64,000 nucleotides of DNA from Botryllus schlosseri (lineage: Eukaryota): NCBI GenBank assembly GCA_051294905.1, contig CM119383.1:11532001-11596000 (forward strand). The letters run 5' to 3'. The position numbers and the translations under genes are program-made. How positions within the stretch are numbered: position 1 is the stretch's first letter; every line of letters begins with the position of its first letter. Under the pieces are notes generated by a model that did no database searches, was not told the origin of the DNA, and saw only the letters and a list, made by a program, of their open reading frames with translations. Below are positions 34,401 to 46,400 of this stretch, one piece after another.

Positions 34401-37400
34401 AAATATCAAATATTACGACATCATCACAACGAATAGCCAGCATTGACATATTACATCACCCCAGAAGGGATTAAACAACGCGCAAATTATTCAGCACTAA
34501 TGAAGTCAGAAAAGTCTTATTCGCATTTTTTTCTGAACTTCCATACGCCACATGTATGACAGCAAATTCTACTTCATAATGAAATTGAAAACAAATGCTA
34601 ATTACGACATTTAACAAGCAGGATAGAAATAGTGCCCACTGACAACTTCAATCTACATTACACAGCAATTAAAACACGCAAGATGCCTGCGTCTACAAAA
34701 GCACAGTTCACAACGGCAAGCAGGAGTAACGGAACACGGAAGCAACTGGTTCAGCGCATCAGTATAATCGCGATTTTTATCATGGGAATTCCATATCACG
34801 TGACCTCACCTTGTATAAACTGGTATGAGTCTTCAGTCCTTTCTGGCAGAGCTGCAGTTAGAAAATGAACAAACCAAAATTACATGCAATGATATCAAAA
34901 CATGAGAAGCTACAATATGCACGGTTAGGATGCGTGAAATCATGGATTAGCGGAACTACCTTGTTATAAACGGCACAAAGCAAGATGAATATTTTGGGAA
35001 ACATCGCGCTGAGCTGGTGTCCTACTCTTTATTTATTTGCTCGCATCTTTAGTGTGCCATAGTTCATAATGTTACAAGTATTGCTGCATGTATTTCTTCT
35101 AAGAAGTAGGTATTCATGATTTACCGTAGTCCATCAAAATATTTTTATGCATACAATAGAACACCTGTGATAAAACAACATGGACAGATCTCCGCATCTC
35201 ACGTAAGGTACCTATTTGAAGATTGTCCATGGATACAACAACAATGGATAGAGTAATTCAAGACAAAATTAGTTGAAAATTTGTGAGGTAAGAAGCAAAC
35301 TCCGCCTGTTTTTGTTAGAAATTAACAAATGGTCAGCTTTATTTAATCGTGTCTATTTTACATTCATTTGGAAGAAAGATACGGTATGGTTCATTGCAAT
35401 AAATTTAAAATACTTTTATCATAGTGCTTACATTATTAGTATTCTTTGAAAATATACCTTGCGTCACAAGGACTGCCGCTAAGGGAAGTTATTGCAGAAT
35501 ACCCAGCCAGGAAAATTGTACCGGTATTATTACAAAAATCATAGATAAAAGAACACCTACACCAAAACTACTACATGCTAGATATTAGTAGAACTAGATA
35601 TTTTGCTACAATTCACCATACTTTCATCAAACTAAAAACTAGATAGATTGTGTCAAATCTTACGAGGAGCATCATCGTCAAGAGGTATCTGAGATTCCAC
35701 AGTTTTGATCGGTACTGTCGGAGGCAGATCTCTTCTACCTGCGATATATACATAAAATCAGAACACTACAGACACCCTCACTGATCAGCATCGTGCTAAA
35801 ACCAAAAACACATCTCACATTGCCAGCAAAGACAAAAAAACTAAATATGTTTGATAAATAATCGTATTGAAGATTCACTGTGCTTTCAAATTCGTCAAGA
35901 CGTACCTTTTGTAGAGTTGAAGACCGTTTTTACTTTATGTACGTCAGCATAGATATCCATAATATTCAGCATCAACATTAGGTAGATGATAACTTATCAT
36001 CCATTATTGTGAACACCGACTATAAATATGCTCTAAGATTGCAATGCACGATTGCAAATCATAGGCCATGCTTCTCTAGAAGGACAAAGGCAAACCGCTG
36101 CTACTACTTTTAGGAATCATTATAATCGCCACTGCACGATAATTTGTTACACACTATGACTCATAGAACAATTTTCATGCAGCACCAATTACAAATTTCA
36201 TTACTACCACAATTTTTCTACCGTAGGAAATCATTGACCAAATCTAGCAGACATTATTCAATATGCGTTCGTTCAATTCGTATCTAAAGCCTAAGATCAT
36301 CTGCCGCATACTATCTGTATATGACCGGAATGATAGCAAAAAGGCCAATGGCCTCACGAGACAAGGCATTCAAACATTGAATGTTACAAGCATAACGTCT
36401 TCCGCAAAGCTACATGCATACGCAACTCCACTTGCTATCAATTTCAAGAAGTAAAAGTTGCTGTGTACACGAAACGGAGTGTTTCCTGGTACTACGTCTA
36501 CTGACAACAATTCGCACTTGGGCCTAGCAAGCACCAGCAGGCTGTGAGAAAGAGAAGAAATGAATTACCGTTCGCATCGACTTCGTTGTAAAAATTATTC
36601 TTTTTATATTTTTGAAAATTATTTCCACTCTGAATTCCAGGTGCGGCGTCTGGTAGGGATGCAGAGGAAACAATTATAAACACAGGAAAGAAAAGTTACG
36701 ACAATGACAAGGATTAATGAATTACAATGCAATCCGATAAATTCAATCCTTTAATGAAACAAATTGATAAACGTACGCTTATATCATTGTGCATGACTTC
36801 ATCGGCACGGCCGACTTTGCAGTCGAATAGCCGCATGAGCAAATAATCAAATTACATTACTATGGCCACTTTATGGAGACGTCTTATTCTGCGTGAACCA
36901 CGGATGTACGCAGTCCTTTTTGGATTCAAGAAATATGGAAGCTTGATGCCACGCAAACTTGCTTCTTTTATATATGCAAGTTTCGTTCGCAAAAAGCGAG
37001 TGATTTGAAGATTGGAAATAAATCCATGTCCTTGCACCGAATAAAATATATAAATAGTCATTTCTACCACAGAGTGCACAACGGGAGTAATTCAGGATTG
37101 GGTTTATGAACCATTAAAACGTAGTGCTGTACTAGTGACTCAATGAAATTGGCTTCAAAAGCAACATATTTACAGAATAGATTTGATTATGTGACATGTT
37201 GGCTGCGAATAGAGTAAAAAATATGGTATTTTATCAATCCACTCATCACACGTCCTATTACTCATCTATACAAATTCATCGCTTCTACATTGAATGCGTT
37301 AGTAAAAGAACCGAAACCAATTACCATTTGTGTTAGGAAGAGTAACATCACAGTACTGATGTTGCTTTGTGTATGTTTGAAGTTTTGCCTGACGGACCGG

Positions 37401-40400
37401 AGAATTTGGAGCACTATCTGAAATCGAATCATCCCAATATTGCAGAGGTCTGCAGTAAACGTGACACAAATCCCATTATTAGACCTTGACTTGGAAAAGG
37501 GGTGATTCTACTATGTTTATAGGAATACTAGACTACTATAAAACTCCAGAAAGATTTATTCTTTGATCATTACAAAATCAGTTAATTGATGACTGACATA
37601 ATATCCCTTGTGATATTATAAAATGCAGTGTCCTTTTCACGATATATTGGTACTCCATTGTTATTTGAATATCGGACGATAATGGTGAGCAGAATCACTA
37701 CAACCTAACAAATCAGCCTCAAAGTTTATGTAGCCATCTGTAAGTTGAGATCCATGAAGAATACGCTACCAGTAATGTTGTGAACCCGCGGTTATGCGGA
37801 TGTCAAGCTTTTTTGTAATAGCTCGAAATTTCGTGAACATGAAAGGGTAATAGAGCATACACTATGCTAATTCCATTCGGATTTTCAAGTCAAGGTCTGG
37901 CAATGGGGTTTGCTGTGATTCACCGCCACAACGAATTAATTCAAGCACCTTCGCCTGACGAACGATCTGGCAAACGCCTAATTGACCTTCTGGGCTTTGT
38001 TGGCACCGGCCTCTTCACTTCTTCAAAACATGACAAGTTATAAAACAGAATAACAAAGAAAAACATACCAGAATCACAATCACAACAAAATGTCAAAATA
38101 ACGGGATGGCATAAATAAAAAAAGTCTCGGGCAGATTGTAAAACCGTTAACCTCCCTGTGCCATGTTTAGAGCACAGTGTTTTTGATAAGTAGCTGAGCA
38201 AGTTTACAGAACTTGGACGGACTGGGAACGACTCAATTCCCTGATTTCTCTTTGTTGCAATCAACCATTGAGAAAACAGCTGACAAAACTCGCCATGTAG
38301 GCAGGACTAGTGTTTCTACTTTTCCTACTTTTCAGCCAGACTCCGTAGAGACAGGTGGACTTGTTTGGTGCGGGTGTGATCAGACTAGTTGACCTCCAAG
38401 GTCGTATCGATGATTCCTATCTCATACCCAATGCCGTGCATGCGTATTTTCTGTACCAACATTATTGCTGACTGTTTGTTATGTATTTCGGTTGGATGAT
38501 AATGAAGACTCTTTCTCTCTCTCATCATCAGGTTATTCTTATGTGAGACGAATGTATTTGCATGGAATCGAACGGGCCTGATGCTATGCTTTACACTGCA
38601 TTGCACATTGCAATGCTTACATTCATCTCTCCAAATCTTTCTTCCAATCGGCTATGGAATTCCGAGACTCCATCACCAAAGCAAATCAGAAAACGAAATG
38701 TAGATTAATATAAATCAGGTACAGCATTGCAGAGATCACACAGTCCAGGAGTGGGCCACTAGCATCCAGGATCGTTCAAGAAAAGACAACTTAATCATAC
38801 TTGCAGTTGCAAACACAGGTCAGGTTGATTGGAATTATCATCCGATATATCGTAATAAATGGGCAAAACGTAGCATAGAAATGGTTGAAACTATAATATT
38901 CACAGTGTAGCATTGCAATAGCATTATGTCGGGCCCAAAGCACATCCAGTCACGGAACAGCGAGATATCTGATCCGGCAGAGTAGCTAATTTATGGCTCA
39001 TTTCAACTTCAAGCAAAGGATCTCGAAGCTAAAACACACTCTCTCTCTCTCTCGGATGAAAAATCAACAGATTACAACTCAAAATCATACTGTACATTGT
39101 GCATTCAACGAAAAAAACGACTAATACCGCATATGCAAATTGCAAAACCACACTCAGGCTACAAACCAATCAAACAGACCATCCAAAATAACCGATTCGA
39201 AAAAATCTCGTGCCAATAAGAACATGCATCAAATAACGACAAATCATCACAAGCAAGCGTACCACAAAACGCAAAATCAAAAAACTGACCTTCGACACAG
39301 GCAGTACCAACAGAACCATGCGAGTCACTCCTATTGCTTCGACTGACGACAGAGTCATTGACATAATCTTTGTGTGCAGGCTCAACACTTTGGGGCGGGT
39401 TCATGCCGGGCGCGTCACCGTAACTCATATTATCCAACGCGTTACCGATGGCCACCGGTGGCAGAACGTGGTTTACATACGACTGCGGCGCGTCGTTCAC
39501 GTTTTGAAAACCAGATTCGACGGGCTGCGACCGATCACGCGAATTTACCGGCAATCCGTAAGCGGGATTTGAAGCGCAGATGGCCGGATTAGAATCTACT
39601 ACGTCTCGACTCAAGCTATCCGTGGGCGAATACGGGTCGGACACAAGCCTAGGTCTCGCGGCATAAAACGCTGCGGCATTGCCGATTTTTGTCTCGACCA
39701 CTTTAACGTTATCGGGCGTGGTCCTGCCCGGCGTGCCATTCTTACCGCGCCACTTAGCGTCATTCGACCGGGACAAAACAAACCGGTCAGTGTTAGAAAC
39801 CGACGCGGACCGAAAGACCGAGACAACTTTAGGTTTTACTCCTGGAGGCTTCTTTTTTATTTCAGGTTTTTCTCCAGATATTTTAGAGTCGGAGTGTGGT
39901 GGCGAGTCATGCGGGCGGGGCCTTGGGTTCAAAGGTCGTGGAACTGGTTTGCCTTCAAACAATTTTTTCCTATCTTGCACTGTCGTTTCGCCGGTACTCT
40001 CGGTGGTGGCCGGGTTTTGGGGTTTAGGGGTGACCCTAGGTTTTGGCTTTACTGGGGGAGGGCCTGGTTTTAAACCGTCAAAATTAGCCTTCGACAAAGG
40101 CGAGTCGGCCTCCGACTCGCTCGTTAAATCGTCCTCTTCGCGAATCTTAAGTTTAGAATCATGTTTCGACTCTGGCGATTTTATCGGCGCTTGCGATTTG
40201 CTTTTGACTTCGAAAAAATTCGCTTTCTCTTGCACCGGGCTTTTCGCGTGCTGCCGTCGCGCGGCCGGTTTCGGTTTAGTCGCGCCATTGTCGTTTTTGG
40301 AATGCGTTAGTGGGACGGTTGTGCTGTTAAAGGAACTCAAAACGGGTGCAGTTTTGTCATGCATGGGTGATGTGGGACACGCGATTGTACCTTGGGCCTT

Positions 40401-43400
40401 GGCAGGCGGCGCTGGTTTCGCGGCAGGATTCGGTCTGTGAAAAGAAGTTTCGATTCATTCCGCGCCAAAATTAGGTACCTGGCACATTTGTAACTAGTGA
40501 ATTGATTAAATGTGCAACTAGAACTAGAACTACTCAAAAGACCAGTCAAGGCTACGTCTCCAGAAATTTTTAATATACTGACTACGGAAACTCCTCTTAT
40601 TTTTTCACAGAACTCTAATTCCGACTACAACATTCCCGTAAATCTACTCAAACAGTTCTAACTCGATTGGTATTAGATGCACCAAGTTAATCAACCTGCT
40701 TCATGAATTTACAGGAAATTGTGCACGTAGAAAGAAAGTAAGTTTGTGAAAATCCTATCTAGAACAGTGGTTCTCAACCGGGGGTCCGCGAAGCATTTTC
40801 GGGGGGTCCGCGAAGCCTCTAAATTTACACAATAGTTGAGATCCTAAATTGTATTTTTCAAAATTATGAAAATCACAAGGCAGTTTCGCTTACCAGAGCT
40901 CACATCAACAGAATGAATGGCCGTCAGAAATGAAATATCCTACTGTGCAGACACATTCTGATTGCTAAATTACCAATAGCCTACCGATACATATATTTTA
41001 CTGTTTAGAGATATTTTGTTGGGGATTGTATAAAAAATATAAAGTTGGATTAGTAAGGTCAATCACGATGACTTCGAAATGTTTACAAAGATCCATTTTC
41101 CCTGTGATATTCTTAACCATTTTCCGTGATAACTTCAAGATGAGCTGCTAGATAAAAATGACCAGCAGGCTTGACGTATTATGTTCATCAATAAAATTGT
41201 TTGTGAATTTTAGTGCTATATTTGTTGCGATCATACCTAAATGGGTTGTTGGAAGCGTTATGCGTTATTATCACGTTCACCACCACCTATCTTTGTGAAA
41301 ATGGATTTTCGGCACACGTTGGTATCAAATCGAAGGCGCGGATTTTCAAGATACAACAACGTATTCAAGAAATGCCATAGCAAAATTCACTTTAAAATAA
41401 TAAAAGTCAACCCAATTTCTATAGAAATAGTATGACGTTATTTTCAAGAAGAGTCTTTTTGTTGCTGTTTATCACTAGCCTATACAGATATCATTTGCAC
41501 AAGACAGTATCGATTGCATGATAATGGACCTGAATTTGAACTAAAACTTCGGGGGGGGGGGGTCCGTGACGGTCTAAAAGGGGTCCGCGAAGACAAAAAG
41601 GTTGAGAACCACTGATCTAGAATGAGTACAGTGGATACTATGGCAATTGAAACAGCACTGGGCACAACAATCAAGTAGTCGAATCTGAACTTAGTATCAA
41701 CATTTTAGAGTTCAGGAGTTATATGCTCCTTGAGAATGATTCTTGCAATAGTATATCCAGGCATCAGTTTACACATTTCCAGGCTAGGTTGCGTGTCCTT
41801 ACTTTTTTATCAATGTCGATGGCAACCCTGATTATAGTTACTGTTTACAAGTGTTTTTAGATTTCATTCGAAATTTGGCTTCATTTGATATTGTTCAGGT
41901 GTAATTACATACATACAATACATACTCGAAGCCTTGCTGCTATCTACAACGGCACGACGAGCGCTACTCAAATACTTTGGACGTCGCGCTACACTCACTA
42001 GGAATCGACACAGTCTGATTTGAGATTTCGAAAGAACGCTAAGTAAAGCATTTTGAAATGCTAAAATTGATTTCAGTTTCAAAATATTCTTGTTGCTGTT
42101 CGAAATAAGCTACTCTCTTGCGCCCAACATCAAAATTCGTCACCAGCTGATACGGCTTCAGCGATGGTAATAGCACTCCATGGAAGAAGAATTAGCTGAT
42201 ATGAATGGGGGCCCATTGCCCACTGCCAAAACCAAATCGCTTAGAAAATGACCTGTGGCTTCCCCACAAGATCAAGCTTTACGAGGAGATAGTTTTCCAG
42301 CAAGTACTGAGTCTAGCTAAACCCAATATTAATTATTTAGCCGCTGAAAAGTGTTGTAAGGTATCGTGCGCCGCTCATGGTTAAAATTAGAATGAATCTG
42401 ATGAAAAGAATATTTTTTGTTGCATTTGTATTTCTTTAGCAAGATATCATTTCTACTGTGATAACTATGCCCGTCGCCGTTAGAGAGCACAGCGTTGTAC
42501 TGGCGTAAAGTTTAAAAACGTGGTTGTCAATCTATGTGGCTTATTTTAGCTCGATATTGAATTCATGCGGCCCGCGGCCTGTACGTAATTTTAAAAGTGA
42601 CCCGCGAACCGTTTTGAGTTGGCGACACTTGCTCTACATATACATCAGCCCGCGAAGGAAAAATGACATACTTAGCAGGCATAACTTCCGTCGGTGGCGA
42701 CTTCACAGGCGCCAGGGCCGCTGACCTCTGTCGTAGATTGAGCTTTGCCGGCGGGCCCAGCACCGCGGGCATGCTCTGCTTCCTGGAATTTGCGGTGATG
42801 TCGAGGTTGGAGGACGGCGGAAACATCGTGGACAATGGCCTTTTCGGCTTGGGCGGCGGTTCTTCGGGGGCGTCGGCCAATATCTGAGCTCCGACCCCGT
42901 TCGACCTGGGCTCGAAGTTTTCGTATTGGGCCGTACGCGGCAGGCTGTTGCCGTTTCTCGGCTTGTCTTTGCTTATGCTCACGTTGACATATTCCTCCTG
43001 TAGACGAAATATTTATTATTTAACGTCTCAAATCCTGTTACTCGGTGTTGTTTTAAAGGAATTGACTTGAGTTAAAACTGTAGAAGTAAAATTGACTTGT
43101 GACTCGGAACCTTATGACTTGGCTACAACCCTGATGTCGTGTAAGCCTGGAAAGGATTCAAAACCACAAGAGGTCAGCAAAGAAGTACTAGCGTTGCCGA
43201 CCAACCCTATTTACTCAGTTTTCAGTTTTTCAAGCAAATCAGGTCTAGAACACTTACGTTATACTTACTCGGGTATCGCTACTTCTATTTGTGCTTTACT
43301 AGAAATTTCCATTGCTACTGCTACTTCATTACAGTGGTGGTCAGGAAAGAAGTAATACTACATTTCCCTAGTACTCGAGTACTTTCTTATTTCTTCTGAT

Positions 43401-46400
43401 ATTCAAAACCGGAGATGCGTTATCAGCAACAGTCTAAATCTCACCCCTTGATATCCCACGCTGAATTCTTTATACTTCAGGGTTTGTGTGCGCATGTAAA
43501 TCCGAAACAATTCGGATATCGCGACGTTTACAAACTCGTATTGTTCCTGCAAAAACACAAACGGTACAAAAACGATCAGGGGTTGCTTTTAAACTTCTCT
43601 GGCTGTTGGTTGTTTTGATAAGCGCAACCCAGGAAGAGCAACCGTCGTTTTCCAGGTGGATCATGAGCTAAATGGTCTGGAGGCTGTGGTTCCCATATGA
43701 AAATTCAGGGTAGTGTAACCACAAAATTTGTAAACTTGTAAACTGATGACTAAAAAAAAGGTCCTTATTTCCCCCATTTCAAAAATCAGAATCAAACTAC
43801 GGTTAAAAGTTGAATCAAGTTATTTGCAGCTTTTTTGTCAACTTCGGGCAGCTTCCTAAATACTCAGAAGTTACGCAGTATGGTGTTTTAAGCTGTTTGG
43901 GGGAATCTTGGCGCTTCTTCGAAATACCCCCGAGATCAAAATTTATAAACAGTAAAATAAATTCTATTTCGTGTTGGGATTGAAGTTGTGGGTGCTGGAT
44001 ATTAGGGTTGTGAGTGGGAGATATTAGGGTTAGGGTCATCCCCTAACCGTAACATCTATCACCCACAACCCTAATATTCCATACCCAACACGAAAAAAGA
44101 ATTTATTTTTCCGTTTATAAATTTTTATCTCGGGTGTATATCGAAGAAGCGACGGAATCTTATATAGCCACTTTTTACAACTTTTCTTTAATTTTTCATG
44201 CAACTTTCCGCCACTTTTTCGAATTTTCGTGCAGCTTTTTGCAAGTTTTTTTCGATTTTTTGAAGGCCTTTTCTGATTTGACGTACATTCAGGCGAAACC
44301 GCCAAAAATTATAATTTCACTGGGTCAATTCTTTCAGGTTATTGATTTTGTTAAAGTCGCCAACATCTAGTTTTGCTACGGTGCCTCTTTTGTGAAAATT
44401 AAATGCAACTTTTGTGAAAAATAAGGGCAATTTTCCACGGATGTGACTGCAACAAAAACTTGCCTTAAATTAATTACAAATGTCATAAATACCAAGGACA
44501 ATGCAGTTTCATAAGACACCCTTCATGCCTTCAAAAAAAGTAGAAATCTCGGAAATAGGGACAGCCCAGTATCCGGCATTCAATATTCTGACGGTATCCG
44601 AATGAAAATAATATCGTGTACCAGTGTATACTGACTGAGTTTGTAACTAATTACTGTGTCACGATTCAGATTTCATGTTAGGCTCGGTGATGAGATCTCT
44701 TCATCAGAGTCGTTCAAGTTTCTAACTCGTCAACTAGGCAAGCATGACCGGTATTACCTTTGTCTGAACAATAGCGGGCCTCTGCCTTCTCATCTGCGCA
44801 ATGATTTCGAAGGTTTTGAAATTTGGAGGTACCCTCTGAAAATGAAGTTTCGTTGAACACACACCGAGAATCTCTAAACTCGTAAATATTCATCAAGAAT
44901 GGCGTTCGCTGATTATTAGTAGGGCTGGGCAAAATCAACTAACAGGGTGATTCGATTACGAGTCCTGTATCAAGCTTTGAGTCAAGTATTTGAGTAATAT
45001 AAGTAATATTCACTAAAAATTTCTTCTTTGCTAGTATCTTTTCTGTGGCCACAAGGAAAATGATGCCAGCTACACGTCATGAAAAACAAGAATAGGACGT
45101 AGCACATAGTATATCTTTTTCCTTGATGTTTTTGCAGCATATACAGTGACTCATGATATACATAAACACAATATGTGCATATGCATACCATCAGTGCATA
45201 ATGTGCATATGCTGACGAACAAGGAAGGTGCAGATAAAGGCTCTGTAACGCTTTCTAGGTCTTGCACCACCACTCCAAGCCCGGACACCAACATCAGGTC
45301 TTTGGCCTGACCCGGCTGGTGATGAAACCCACGACCTAACGACCAAGAAGCCGGACGCTCCACCCTTACGCTATCTTTTCGATAAATAATATTGTATTTC
45401 CGGAGTATGTACACTTTGTAGGTTTTTGTGTCTATTGCGAGGATTGCAACTTGACAGAAATGTCGTTCCATGAATACTTGTGGGCATGAACAACATGTTT
45501 TTTATGGCGCTGAGATACTGGTTACGGAGTTTTAGAGGCTCACACGACGGAAATGAAGTATTGAAACTATATTTTTTGTGCTAAGGCGTGTATTTTGGTT
45601 ACTCAAAAAATATGGAATATCACTACCGTACTCGACTCGTATCACTACAATTGAGATTCGACTTTGATGACAGTACTTGAATCCGTGTACTCAGTCCAAA
45701 TAGTTCACCTTACGTATAACCCACACACGTACCTTGTGATAGAGTAAATTCCTGACGTAGTCCAACACAATCGCCGCACCAGTACGGCCGCACCCAGCAC
45801 TGCAGTGAATGCATAGCGGGGTCCTTACATCTTCACTAAAACAGAGGCACACAATTTTCCAAAAATCACTTCCAGTAACTGCCTAGAAAATCACTAGAGC
45901 CACGCAGTACACATCATGATCCTGTTTGTACCAGAACAGAAAGGGGATTCGCCAATAGCTGCGTCAAGTGTTTTTCAAACATTTGTTCTTATTCAATTTG
46001 TATGCTACAGATACACTGGGCGTTGCCGTAGGAATTCCTGACATCTTAACATTTCCTGAAGCATCTCCTGCTACCCAAGCAGAAAAGATGCAGTGAATTT
46101 GAACGGAGAACAAGCACCGATGTATCGCATCCTGAAGCAGATCAAACTAATGAGAGTAGAGTGGTTTTGAGTGGAATGTATCAATGTGTTGGATTTTGTT
46201 TTCCAATAAATTATGTTGAAAATATGTGCATTATCATTGACAACCTCATAAGTAGAAGAGTAAGCAGCCTAAAAACAAATCCGAGCGTAGGTCGTATATC
46301 TACTTAGCAGTGTTATTATAAGAGGTAACTGAATACATATAACTAGGCTACTATGCATTACTGACCGTGATCGCATCTGCAAAAAGGTATGCTATAGTAC

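Noticed and set aside
39159-40440. 401-aa minus ORF as a separate gene, and the 253-aa plus ORF
   Set aside because: The minus ORF is PTP exon 12 read into the intron. The plus ORF is its antisense shadow.
18829-41562. Homopolymer and microsatellite runs (poly-C ~18830/18857, (CT)n ~39040, poly-G ~41550)
   Set aside because: Short simple repeats, mostly inside TE fragments, with no further structure.
41920-42000. Extra PTP exon (VSVARRPKYLSS..)
   Set aside because: The required phase-2 entry hits a stop. Exons 42672 and 40434 already join in frame.
42100-42260. Gypsy integrase-like GNGPPFISA on the minus strand
   Set aside because: A single short motif without flanking conservation.
13420-43390. 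Additional TACT/AGTA-rich patches (~13430, ~14720, ~19750, ~40500, ~43070-43390)
   Set aside because: Probably decayed relatives of 2734-5381, but boundaries, TIR pairs and TSDs cannot be defined.
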